NCBI GenBank assembly: GCA_950097015.1
Contig: CATNEN010000025.1
Coordinates: 4,898,001 to 4,962,000, forward strand
Source of the DNA: Macrostomum hystrix
Taxonomy: Eukaryota; Animalia; Platyhelminthes
DNA length: 64,000 nucleotides
Direction: 5' to 3'
Numbering within the stretch: position 1 is the first letter of the stretch; each line of letters starts with the position of its first letter. This document shows positions 12,661-24,534 of this stretch, piece by piece. The notes under the pieces were generated by a model. That model was not told the origin of the DNA. It searched no databases and saw only the letters and a list, made by a program, of their open reading frames with translations. A program made the translations under genes and the position numbers.

Positions 12661-12705
12661 AAAACTTGAATCCCAGACCCTTTAGATCAGTTTGAGTCCA
12701 CTCAC

Positions 12706-12914
12706 AGGCATTGTTTGGCTGCCATGCAAGTTGTTGATGGCGCTCTGTGCCTCCAGGTGGTTGGTGTACTTGATGAAGGCACAGCCCTTGCTCACTCCGT
12801 GCTGGTCTCTGAGGATGGCGCACTCCTCGATGCAGCCGAAGGGTTCGAACATCCGCCTGACTTCCTCCTCCGACTGCTGCTTGGAGAGCATCCCAACGAA
12901 CAGTTTGCGGTCCT
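12706..12914 (-). CDS. CELF: CELF exon 4 (RRM2)
   Basis: (E)[49 protein letters not shown]...LHGSQTMP. Acceptor gcgcAG, donor GTGAGT, phase 1 to 0. Confidence 0.93.
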
Positions 12915-13029
12915 CTGCGCGTTTCAGGAAACAGTGGGTCGAGGGTTCCAATCTCAGCCCAGAAGAAGCTATTTGTGTCAATAAGAGTAGAAAACTAACG
13001 CAATGCCCAAAATGTACTTAAAATTCTCC

Positions 13030-13700
13030 TTGGTCCTATCTCTCTGTGTCTCATCTCTCCTGTGTCTCGTCTCTCCTGTCTCATCTCTCCTGTGTCTCAT
13101 CTCTCCTGTGTCTCGTCTCTCCTGTGTCTCGTCTCTCCTGTGTCTCATCTCTCCTGTGTCTCGTCTCTCCTGTGTCTCATCTCTCCTGTGTCTCATCTCT
13201 CCTGTGTCTCGTCTCTATTGTGTCTCATCTCTCCTGTGTCTCATCTCTCCTGTGTCTCATCTCTCCCCTGTGTCATCTCTCCCCTGTGTCATCTCTCCTT
13301 TGTCTCATCTCTCCTGTGTCATGTCTCCTGTTTCTCATCTCTCCCCTGTGTCATCTCTCCTGTGTCTCGTCTCTCCTGTGTCTCGTCTCTCATGTGTCTC
13401 ATCTCTCCTGTGTCTCGTCTCTCCTGTGTCTCATCTCTCCTGTTTCTCATCTCTACTTTGTCTCATCTCTCCTGTGTCTCGTCTCTCCTGTGTCTCATCT
13501 CTCCTGTCTCATCTCTCCTGTGTCTCATCTCTCCTGTCTCATCTCTCCTGTGTCTCATCTCTCCTGTGTCTCATCTCTCCCCTGTGTCATCTCTTCTTTG
13601 TCTCATCTCTTTTTGTCTCATCTCTCCCCTGTGTCATCTCTCCTGTTTATCATCTCTCCTGTGTCTCATCTCTCCTTTGTCTCATCTCTCCTGTGTCTTA
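13030..13700. repeat. tgtctcatctctcc array (same family as the MITE cargo)
   Basis: Directly visible. Confidence 0.9.
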
Positions 13701-13769
13701 TTTCTCAAAAATGGTGGACTTTTACGATAATTGGTCATTCGGTTTGGGAGCTGTCAGGTAGTCAGTGGG

Positions 13770-13895
13770 TATTGGAAATACCCCTGTAGTCTGTTAAGCA
13801 AGGCGCTAATTTCCATTCACCCAGTCCACGGACTGAGGAGCTGTACACAGCCTTCGGATGCGCCGCGCAATAGCTGCGGCTGTGCCACCGACTGT
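13770..13895 (+). mobile_element. SINE family 1, 3' fragment
   Basis: ttcacccagtccacggactg...cagccttcggatgcgccgcgcaatagctgcggctgtgc is shared with the other copies. Confidence 0.7.
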
Positions 13896-14119
13896 ACAGT
13901 ACATCATGCCAAACGGGGTCATGAGCGATTTCTAACTGTCAATCAACAGAAGCATTTTTACGTGAGTGAAAGCTAGTGAAAGGATTCGAATTTTAGTTAA
14001 GCATTTAAAATAGATTGAAGCGACAAAACGACGCAGTTTCAATTCATATTATTCATATAAAGCTAATGTACCCTCGAATTAAAGAGCATGGTCCTTGAGT
14101 CCTTGAGTCCTTTAGATAA

Positions 14120-14610
14120 GACATGGGAGATTTCACATGGGAGATGAGACATGGGAGATTTGGCATGGGAGATGAGACACGTGAGATTTGACACGGGAGA
14201 TTTGACATGGGAGATGAGACATGGGAGATTTGACATGGGAGATGAGACACCTGAGATTTGACACGGGAGATGAGACACGTGAGATGAGATACGGGAGATG
14301 AGACACGGGAGATGAGACTCGGGAGATGAGACACGGGAGATGAGACTCGGGAGATGAGACACGGGAGATGAGACACGGGAGATGAGACACGGGAGATGAC
14401 AACACGGGAGATTTGACATGGGAGATTTGGCACGAGAGATTTGACGTGGGAGATTTGACATGGGAGATTTGACATGGGAGATGAGACAAGGGAGATTTGA
14501 CATGGGAGATGAGACATGTGAGATGAGATACGGGAGATGAGACACGGGAGATGAGACATGGGAAATCAGACATGGGAGATGAGACAGGGGAGATGAGACA
14601 GGGGAAAGAT
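14120..14610. repeat. gggagatgagacac array (same family, opposite strand)
   Basis: Directly visible. Confidence 0.9.
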
Positions 14611-14656
14611 GAGGATCTGGGATCTACTTCACGAGTAATCTCTATCAGCAACCTAC

Positions 14657-14914
14657 CTTCGTGTCCGGGCAGTGTGGCAAGGTGGTACTGAATCTGTTTG
14701 ATCTTATCCAAATTTTCTTGCCGAATTTTGCCAATTTTTGCATTTCCAGTCCCACCTGGACTGACTGCACTAATGAATGCCTCATTTTCAACTGGCGATC
14801 GCTCTTGCTGAAGACAGCCACCGTTGCCACTGGTGTAGTCGATAATCATTGCGATGACAAAATACTCGTACGGCTTGCTAGTTGTCTTTTTGTACACTAT
14901 TTTGTTGAAAGCAA
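14657..14914 (-). CDS. Candidate 258-bp in-frame cassette exon in CELF intron 3
   Basis: Acceptor gtgttttAG, open non-repetitive frame (VAFNKIVYKK...LPGHE), donor G|GTAGGT. Phase 1/1, same as the host intron. Confidence 0.35.
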
Positions 14915-15419
14915 CTAAAACACACGGGAAATTGAACAAGCCTTTCGCTTTAACACTCAGGCCAAGCGAAGGGATATCGAATTCCTTGTTGTTCCTTCCT
15001 TCCTTCTACTTCCTATAGCCAGTGTGTTGTGTGTTATAGTGTCAATCCGGGACCCTTTCTTTCCGTTAGCGGCGGCGCCCTCTCTTGGGTGGGGGAATGG
15101 GCCCCAGATGGAGCGAATGTACACTGAGAATCATGGACCCAGTCATTCTGTTGGAGTTGGGTAGGACAAAAGGGACTTAACTGTACACAGTGGCGCATGA
15201 CGAATAGGGAATGAGGATACGGAGGGCCCCTATTGGCTGAGGCTAGAGATGTTTAGAGGAAGAGAAAATAGAGGAGCACTCTGTCCTTCAGGTTTGTCTC
15301 GATCGCAATGCTACCAGTTCACTGCTTTGGTATGGGCTTGTCTGCTATCGAATGTATGAATTATACAGACCCAGGAAGCATATACTGGCTATCAAAGGCT
15401 TTCATTGATATCAAATAAT

Positions 15420-16980
15420 CATTAGTGAGCTCATGGTTGAGTTGGTGAATGAATCAATAGTGAGCTCATGGTTGAGTTGGTGAATGAATCAATAGTGAGC
15501 TCATGGATGAGTTCATGAATGAACCAATAGTGAGCTCATGGATGAGTTCATGAGTGAATCAATAGTGAGCTCATGGATGAGTTCATGAAGGAATCTATTT
15601 TAAGGTCATGGATGAGTTCATGAAGGAATCAATAGTGAGCTCATGGTTGAGTTCATGAATGAATCAATAGTGAGCTCATGGATGAGTTCATGAATGAATC
15701 AATAGTGAGCTCATGGATGAGTTCATGAGTGAATCAATAGTGAGCTCATGGATGAGTTCATGAATGAATCAATAGTGAGCTCATGGATGAGTTCATGAGT
15801 GAATCAATAGTGAGCTCATGGATGAGTTCATGAGTGAATCAATAGTGAGCTCATGGATGAGTTCATGAAGGAATCTATTTTAAGGTCTTGGTTGAGTTCA
15901 TGAAGGAATCTATTTTAAGGTCATGGATGAGTTCATGAAGGAATCTATTTTAAGGTCATGGTTGAGTTCATGAAGGAATCTATTTTAAGGTCATGGTTGA
16001 GTTCATGAAGGAATCTATTTTAAGGTCATGGATGAGTTCATGAAGGAATCTATTTTAAGGTCTTGGTTGAGTTCATGAAGGAATCTATTTTAAGGTCATG
16101 GATGAGTTCATGAAGGAATCTATTTTAAGGTCATGGTTGAGTTCATGAATGAATCTATTTTAAGGTCATGGATGAGTTCATGAAGGAATCTATTTTAAGG
16201 TCATGGATGAGTTCATGAAGGAATCTATTTTAAGGTCATGGTTGAGTTCATGAAGGAATCTATTTTAAGGTCATGGTTGAGTTCATGAAGAAATCTATTT
16301 TAAGGTCATGGTTGAGTTCATGAAGAAATCTATTTTAAGGTCATGGTTGAGTTCATGAAGAAATCTATTTTAAGGTCTTGGTTGAGTTCATGAAGGAATC
16401 TATTTTAAGGTCATGGTTGAGTTCATGAAGAAATCTATTTTAAGGTCTTGGTTGAGTTCATGAATGAATCTATTTTAAGCTCATGGTTGAGTTCATGAAT
16501 GAATCTATTTTAAGCTCATGGTTGAGTTCATGAATGAATCTATTTTAAGCTCATGGTTGAGTTCATGAATGAATCTATTTTAAGCTCATGGATGAGTTCA
16601 TGAATGAATCTATTTTAAGCTCATGGATGAGTTCATGAATGAATCTATTTTAAGCTCATGGTTGAGTTCATGAATGAATCTATTTTAAGCTCATGGATGA
16701 GTTCATGAATGAATCTATTTTAAGCTCATGGATGAGTTCATGAATGAATCTATTTTAAGCTCATGGTTGAGTTCATGAATGAATCTATTTTAAGCTCATG
16801 GTTGAGTTCATGAATGAATCTATTTTAAGCTCATGGATGAGTTCATGAATGAATCTATTTTAAGCTCATGGATGAGTTCATGAATGAATCTATTTTAAGC
16901 TCATGGTTGAGTTCATGAAGAAATCTATTTTAAGCTCATGGTTGAGTTCATGAATGAATCTATTTTAAGCTCATGGTGAG
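15420..16980. repeat. 35-bp array (tcatggttgagttcatgaatgaatctattttaagc)
   Basis: Directly visible. Confidence 0.95.
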
Positions 16981-17344
16981 CCAACGAAGTCAACGAGTTA
17001 ACGAATAGCGTTTTTCCTGCTTGTAAGCATGAAGTACAGTCTTTTAAGCTATAAAATATCTAAGGATCAGTTCACAGCACGTTTGAGTAAAGAACTGGTG
17101 GAGCAATGGGGGAATACAACCACTAGAGGGGATATTGGTTTTCGTGTGGTAGTTATTTAGCACAGTTTGGTCTGAAATACACACACGCCCAAACACACAC
17201 ACACACACCGGATACCATGAACTAAATTCTGTAGCTTAAAACCAGAAGCGGTGAAAAACCATATTTAAATCACTAGCTCGTGTCTACGACTACGAGTATG
17301 CTTCCTCCTTTCAAAGAAACCAGTCCCACAGAGGCCTTGACTCT

Positions 17345-18148
17345 GACTCACTCACTCACTCACTCACTCACTCACTCACTCACTCACTCACTCACTCACT
17401 CACTCACTCACTCACTCACTCACTCACTCACTCACTCACTCACTCACTCACTCACTCACTCACTCACTCACTCACTCACTCACTCACTCACTCACTCACT
17501 CACTCACTCACTCACTCACTCACTCACTCACTCACTCACTCACTCACTCACTCACTCACTCACTCACTCACTCACTCACTCACTCACTCACTCACTCACT
17601 CACTCACTCACTTACTCACTCCCTCACTCACTCACTCACTCACTCACTCACTCACTCACTCACTCACTCACTCACTCACTCACTCACTCACTCACTCACT
17701 CACTCACTCACTCACTCACTCACTCACTCACTCACTCACTCACTCACTCACTTACTCACTCCCTCACTCACTCACTCACTCACTCACTCACTCACTCACT
17801 CACTCACTCACTCACTCACTCACTCACTCACTCACTCACTCACTCACTCACTCACTCACTCACTCACTCACTCACTCACTCACTCACTCACTCACTCACT
17901 CACTCACTCACTCACTCACTCACTCACTCACTCACTCACTCACTCACTCACTCACTCACTCACTCACTCACTCACTCACTCACTCACTCACTCACTCACT
18001 CACTCACTTACTCACTCCCTCACTCACTCACTCACTCACTCACTCACTCACTCACTCACTCACTCACTCACTCACTCACTCACTCACTCACTCACTCACT
18101 CACTCACTCACTCATTTACTCACTCACTCACTCACTAACTCACTCATT
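17345..18148. repeat. (TCAC)n microsatellite
   Basis: Directly visible. Confidence 0.98.
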
Positions 18149-19044
18149 CGAGTTTTTTTACTCTTACAAGGTTCAATCAATTATTTTAATTATGAAGCAC
18201 TTAATTAAAAGCACATTTCCTGATCGCTTTACTAACAGTAGAGTAGAGCATATCATGGACACCGAGGATGCACCAGTGAAAGTGGGGGGGTATTCCACCA
18301 TCACTCATAATTGTGGGAGCGGAACGATTTCAGCTTTGTTTGAAGAGCCACAGAGAGAAGGAATGGAGACAATCGGATGTATGAGCTCCGGGAACAAAGC
18401 CGCCAATTATACCCCCCAGTCTAGCTTAATGGGAAAGCTGGCAGGTGCTTCTAGGAGACAATAGCTGAAAATCTCATCAATGCTCGAGGTTGGAAAGTGG
18501 CGCAGTAGGCGGGCATAAAATAGGAACTACTGGCGTTTTATGGATCTGATTTTCATGAGCTATGAAATATTATAGCTGGGGCATGCTTTAGAGATTGGAT
18601 AGTTATCCACAGCTCACAGGTTGTGTACAGCTTACTCAGTCCATGGACTGATGAGGCCACCGCGCATACGCATAGTAACTCTGGTGCTAGTAATTCGGCT
18701 AATGAACTGAAGCACTAGGGAATTAAAATTTGAATTCCCGACCTCCGAGTTTATGAGTCAGTGCTCAGTCTCTCAGCTCTGTGAGTTTATCAAACTGCCT
18801 GTGCATGCTACCCACAATGCATTTCTAAATCTGTATTTGAGCTAGACAAAGCTAGCGAATGAATGAATAGGCAGAGCTGAGCCTAGTTAGTTTTAATGAC
18901 AAAATACGGCTCGCAAGAGTCGCACAACGTGTGCCTTGAAAGATACACACAGGGTCACGAATGCAGGCACGGATGGGATGCTGACAGATAAAAGCAAATA
19001 TAACTCCACGTCAAATCCTAGATTTTCTGGACCAGAATAAGCTG

Positions 19045-19122
19045 ACTGTCTGTCTGTCTGTCATTGTGTCTGTCATTGTGTCTGTCATTGTGTCTGTCTG
19101 TCTGTCATTGTGTCTGTCATTG

Positions 19123-19167
<45 letters not shown>

Positions 19168-19210
19168 GTCTGTCATTGTGTCTGTCTGTCTGTCATTGTG
19201 TCTGTCATTG

Positions 19211-19255
<45 letters not shown>

Positions 19256-19438
19256 GTCTGTCATTGTGTCTGTCTGTCTGTCTGTCTCTCTGTCTGTCAT
19301 TGTGTCTGTCTGTCTGTCATTGTGTCTGTCATTGTGTCTGTCTGTCTGTCTTTTTGTCTGTCTCTCTGTCTGTCATTGTGTCTGTCATTGTGTCTGTCTG
19401 TCTCTCTGTCTGTCATTGTGTCTGTCTGTCTGTCATTG

Positions 19439-19483
<45 letters not shown>

Positions 19484-19523
19484 GTCTGCCTGTCTATCTG
19501 TCTGTCTGTCTGTCTGTCTGCCT

Positions 19524-19583
<60 letters not shown>

Positions 19584-19678
19584 GTCTGTCATTGTGTCTG
19601 TCTGTCTGTCTGTCTCTCTGTCTGTCATTGTGTCTGTCTGTCTGTCTGTCTCTCTGTCTGTCATTGTGTCTGTCATTG

Positions 19679-19730
<52 letters not shown>

Positions 19731-19735
19731 AGTCT
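19045..19735. repeat. (TGTC)n microsatellite with tgtcattg interruptions
   Basis: Directly visible. Confidence 0.95.
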
Positions 19736-20254
19736 GGGACTATTCAGTGTTTCACCTCAGCCCGCCAGGCCCCGACGCATGCAAAAAAGACAGATTTCCC
19801 CTACACAGAGCTCGTGACTGGGAACAGGCTAGCTGTGGTTTCAGTAGGGTGAGCGAGCTGACAGTTCAACTGTCAGCAGAATTTTGATGTGTTATGAAAC
19901 TCACTCGCTGTCTGCTGTCATACTTTGAGATTTCAAAGATATGAAAATACAAAGAAGGCGATGAATTCAATTTCAGCGAGTAAACAGATCCCAAGAACTG
20001 CCAATTCTGTCAGCCAGTCAGGCGAAACTGCACTGAGGTCAGGCTGAGTAGGGATTTGGGAAGGAGCTGCTATCACTGCTATCATTCTTGGGATTTCAAC
20101 AGTGCTCGGGCAAGATCTTGAAAGCCACGAAGCTAGAAATATTTCAAAGAGGGCTTAAAAATGTTGAGCGCATTCCTTGCCATGACAATTACAATCCAGC
20201 TACTTTTGCACGCTTATTAAGGCAAATATCCCGGATTTATTCGAAGAGCACTGA

Positions 20255-20840
20255 CAAAATCCCACTGATCCAAACTGGGAAAACTCACGAAATCCCACTG
20301 ATCCCAACTGGGAAATCTCACGAAATCCCACTGATCCCAACTGGGAAAACTCACGAAATCCCACTGATCCCAGCTGGGAAAACTCACGAAATCCCACTGA
20401 TCCCAATTGGGAAAACTGACGAAATCCCACTGATCCCAATTGGGAAAACTGACGAAATCCCACTGATCCCAACTGGGAAAACTCACGAAATCCCACTGAT
20501 CCCAATTGGGAAAACTGACGAAATCCCACTGATCCGAACTGGGAAAACTCACGAAGTCCCACTGATACCAACTGAAAAAAACCATGAAATCCCACTCATC
20601 CCAACTGGGAAAACTCACGAAATCCCACTGATCCCAACTGGGAAAACTCACGAAATCCGACTGATCGCAGCTGGGAAAACTCACGAAGTCCCACTGATCC
20701 GAACTGGGAAAACTCACGAAGTCCCACTGATACCAACTGAAAAAAACCATGAAATCCCACTGATCCAAATTGGGAAACCCCAACTGGCAGAACTGAATAA
20801 TTCCAACAACGAGGACTGCTGACAAAATCCCACTGATCCC
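20255..20840. repeat. 33-bp array (gaaatcccactgatcccaactgggaaaactcac)
   Basis: Directly visible. Confidence 0.92.
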
Positions 20841-21349
20841 CAAAAGCAGCAATCGCAAGATATGAATTTTAACCCGCTAAGGGCAATCACCAGGCCGCAC
20901 CCCAACTCCCTCCAGAGGTCACCCGAACGAAATCTTCCAGGCCTTCATGCCTCACGCCTCCCAGTTAAGATGAATGAGGCTCAGTGGATGGCCGACCCAG
21001 CCCCCAACCAGCCAGTCATCAATCACTGCCTGGCATTATTGCTCCCACTGGCCAGCTCACAGCTGAGACGCATGCGCGTTCTCGCTTTCACTTTCTGACT
21101 TTGGCCAAGGCGAGGCCGGTGAAAAGTGAAGGGGCGGCAATCAAAATGCATCGACTGCACTGCATAAATAATAATTGACATCACTGCACTTCTACGGAAG
21201 TCAACTTTGTGTTTGAAAAAATAGTCGCTTTTCTATTAAACAGAATTTACCCATTCTGATTTGTGAAATCTCAATTCATGCGTTCAATATTGCTATAGAG
21301 CAATTAAAAACACGTTTAGAAAGACAATTTCTAATAAATTTAATGGTTT

Positions 21350-21780
21350 GGGATTTCAGGAAGCTGGATATAGATTAATTGGGATTTGACTAAATAAGGA
21401 TTTAGATGAAGATGGAGTTTGATAAATTGGGATTTGAAAGAATAAGGATTTATACTAATGGGGATTTAGATGAATTTAGATTTCGACGGATAGGGGATTT
21501 TTGTTATTGGGGATTGGTATTAATGGGGATTTAGATGAATAGGGATTTTGATGAATAGTGATTTAGATGAATATGGATTTAGATAAATAGGGATTTAGAT
21601 GAATAGGGATTTAGATGAATAGGGATTTAGATGAATAGGGATTTAGATGAATAAGGGATTTAGATGAATATGGATTTAGATAAATAGGGGTTTAGATGAA
21701 TAGGGATTTAGATTAATAGGGATTTAGATGAATAGGGATTTAGATGAATAGGAATTCTGAGGAGTCGGGATTTCATCCCA
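21350..21780. repeat. 16-bp degenerate array (tagggatttagatgaa)
   Basis: Directly visible. Confidence 0.85.
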
Positions 21781-21824
21781 GATTACCCCGCTGTCGAGTC
21801 ATTCCAAGAAACGCAATCTCTCAC

Positions 21825-21876
21825 CTGATCTGCCACCATCGCAGTCGGCGGGTTTCACCTGCATCGGCCGGGTCAT
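21825..21876 (-). CDS. CELF: CELF exon 3 (end of RRM1)
   Basis: Acceptor ttttacgcAG, peptide MTRPMQVKPADCDGGRS (CELF 'RPIQVKPAD' motif), donor GTGAGA. 52 bp, phase 0 to 1. Confidence 0.88.
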
Positions 21877-21949
21877 CTGCGTAAAATTGAGGTTGAATTA
21901 ATTTTACATTCGCAGGATAAAAAAATGTACACATTTTTAGTACACCTGA

Positions 21950-22080
21950 CCCAGTTGGGCCAGGTGTGCAGCCGACAGCACAGCCGCAGCCGCAGCTGCA
22001 GCCACTCCCAGCCGCAATTACCCCGTTTACCCTAAAATCGAACCCACGACCTTTAAGTCGTGATTACGAGGCTCTAGCCA
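21950..22080 (-). mobile_element. SINE family 1, deleted inverted copy
   Basis: Reverse complement contains gtcgtgggttcgatt (B box) and gctgtgctgtcggctgcacacctggcccaactg. Confidence 0.6.
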
Positions 22081-22125
22081 GCAACAGGTTGATCATTACC
22101 AAGCCGAAATAGGACGAGAACTTAC

Positions 22126-22137
22126 ACCGAGAAGCAT
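22126..22137 (-). CDS. Candidate alternative first exon end (MLLG) for an RRM1-less CELF isoform
   Basis: ATG CTT CTC GGT|GTAAGT, phase 0, in frame with exon 3, downstream of a GC-rich island at about 22190-22800. Confidence 0.35.
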
Positions 22138-22889
22138 TTCCAGGCAGTCGCAGCTGATCCTCTGATACGCTTCCTCTTATCGTGCTCTCTGTTGGCTCTT
22201 CTATTTGACTCGGTCAGTAATGCTTTTCTAACACCTGGGAGCACCTGCCACCGCGGAAGGAAGAGCGAAGAGAAAAATAGCGGGTCGGCCAGAAACGGGC
22301 TCTGGATCGGGTTTTCCAGGACGCCGGTTGCCGGCGCTTCGGGGGACGAGGAGGTGTCAGGTGGAGCAGAGGATTAATATTGTCCCCCCCTTAGAGTCTG
22401 CTGCCTCAGCTGTTCTGGAAACAGAGAAACTGCAGTCTATAGAGAGAGCTGGGACCGATATATGCCGGGGTGGAGGGGCGGGGCTCGAGTCCCGGCCCCA
22501 AGGCTTGATGGGGAAGCTGAGAGGCTCGGGGAGCTCTTTGGAGACCGAGAGGAGAGAGAGGAGAGGAAGTGAGTGGGGAAGAGCAGATGGGGAAGACGGA
22601 GCGAGGCCGCAGTTGGTGAGGCGGGCAAGGGATGAGGATTTCTCTTGCCTTTTAAAAAAAGCTCGCGAGATGCGTTATCAGCGCCCGCTACCCCCTGCGC
22701 CGATCCTCCCAATGCCCCCACCTCCCCAGGTTTTTACCTGCAAACGACCCACGCGAGTCACTAATGCATTTGGAACAGCGTCTGCCGTGCCAATTCTTTT
22801 TGGCTGCCTTGAACTCTTTGTCACCAGGGATTTATCTATCTTTAATTATCATTTTAACCATGATATTGTAATCTTATTCGCCCATCGAC

Positions 22890-23130
22890 AATCATCCATC
22901 TCCCATCTCGAATCTCCCAGTCTCCCATCTCGAATCTCCCAGTCTCCCATCTCGAATCTCCCAGTCTCCAATCTCAAATCTTCCAGCCTCCCATCTCAAA
23001 TCTCCCAGTCCCCCATCTCAAATCTTCCAGCCTCCCATCTCAAATCTCCCAGTCTCCCATCTCGAATCTCCCAGTCTCCCATCTCAAATCTGCCAGTCTC
23101 TCAACTCTAATCTCCCAGTCTCCCATCGAC
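22890..23130. repeat. 22-bp array (tctcccatctcgaatctcccag)
   Basis: Directly visible. Confidence 0.85.
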
Positions 23131-23686
23131 ATTTCCGATCATACTGAGATACCCCCTACTTTTTCTCCCATATAATTTCTCCCATAAGCTCCAGCTGCCT
23201 CCAATGACCGAATGAGCAAACTAGTCCCTTATTTTTCAATGCTTTCCCGCCGCCCGGCCTGAGGCAAATCCTCTAGCGCCGTAAATGCGAAAGGTGTAAT
23301 GCAATCTGCCAGTGGGTAGGCTGCCCCGCCGGCTCTGCTCCCTAAGAGGCGCCTCACCGAGTCGTCCCGCCAGATTCCCAGCAGAAAAAATCCCCTATTT
23401 CCCGCTCCCCGCATGACTCCGGCAGGTTTCTCCCGCGTCTACCCCTTACTCCCCTCGCGAGCCGCCCAGTTTCCCTAGCCCCCGGGGCAGGGGGAAGGGG
23501 AGCGGGATCCTGGCTTCCAACATTTTTTTTCGCCTCCTCCGCATTATGGGAAACCCGCCGCTCCCGAAGACCGTCTTGTTCGCCCCAACCCCCCCGCTGA
23601 GAGCTGTTCCAATCTCATCACGTAGTGCCGGGTTGAAAGCGAAATCCGCCCCTCCTCTCCTCTCATCCTCAACCCGCCGACTAAGC

Positions 23687-23717
<31 letters not shown>

Positions 23718-24139
23718 AATCAGTGGCTGACAGTTGTAGCGAGGCGGTAGTCGACACACAAGAAGCAGAAATTCGAGACATGCTCAGGAGTGACTCGAGT
23801 TTCACAGAGCACAGAGGCACTTGGCAAAATGAAGATTCCGGCTATTCTGAGCCGCTATTCATGACCTGAATTGCAGCAGCATCTACGCATTAAAATTATA
23901 GGCGTGATTGAATGCATCTAGCTTCTCCATTTGTTTCATAGTAATCATACAACAAGGAAGCCATGCAGGAGGAAAAGTGTTAGTTGAAGAATGAAATGCA
24001 TAAATATGGATTCTGTTACACTAATTTACAGGTTCTTTTCATGCAAACTAGATTCGCTTGCTTGACTACTGATAAAAACCCTGAGTAAATGCTTAAATAA
24101 GTAGTACCATGAGCACACGCTTGAGCACGCCGCTCTTAC

Positions 24140-24222
24140 CCCTGGCAGAGAGTGGCGACCGTGCAGCAGCCTCTGGCACTTGAGGGCGCTCTCTGCCTGG
24201 CGGTAGGTCAGGAAAGCGCAGC
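24140..24222 (-). CDS. CELF: CELF exon 2 (RRM1 RNP1)
   Basis: Acceptor ctcttctcttccAG, peptide (G)CAFLTYRQAESALKCQRLLHGRHSLPG, donor GTAAGA. 83 bp, phase 1 to 0, consistent with neighbours. Confidence 0.9.
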
Positions 24223-24359
24223 CTGGAAGAGAAGAGATTTCAATTTTGTCAGGGCTCCAACTTGGCAGGTGAATGGCGGAGCGGAAACAATCTCGCGCCA
24301 TGGTACCCGGGCTCGAATCCGCGGCCACGCCACAGAAACTCGGCCGCGGAAATTTTGTG

Positions 24360-24490
24360 CCGCATGAGAAAGGCAGGGCAGATGTACACACCTTTGCGAG
24401 TGTGTGCTCAGGAGTCAGCGGAATGGGCAAATTGCCTCCTCGCTGCTGCGGCTAGACTGTCGCCAAATGATGTGCCATTGCACACGGGCG
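24360..24490 (+). mobile_element. SINE family 2, 3' fragment
   Basis: atgagaaaggcagggcagatgtacacacc...tgtgtgctcaggagtcagcggaatgggcaaattgcctcctc. Confidence 0.65.
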
Positions 24491-24534
24491 ACTTGCAAAA
24501 AATGTACACTAACTCCTTCTCCTGGGGTAAGGGG

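Noticed and set aside
17280-18464. 394-aa THSL-repeat ORF
   Set aside because: Dominated by (TCAC)n; the unique tail has no recognisable similarity.
20088-20822. 244-aa ORF with an in-frame 33-bp repeat (THEIPLIPTGK)
   Set aside because: Non-ATG start, antisense inside a CELF intron, no motif; other frames are similarly open.
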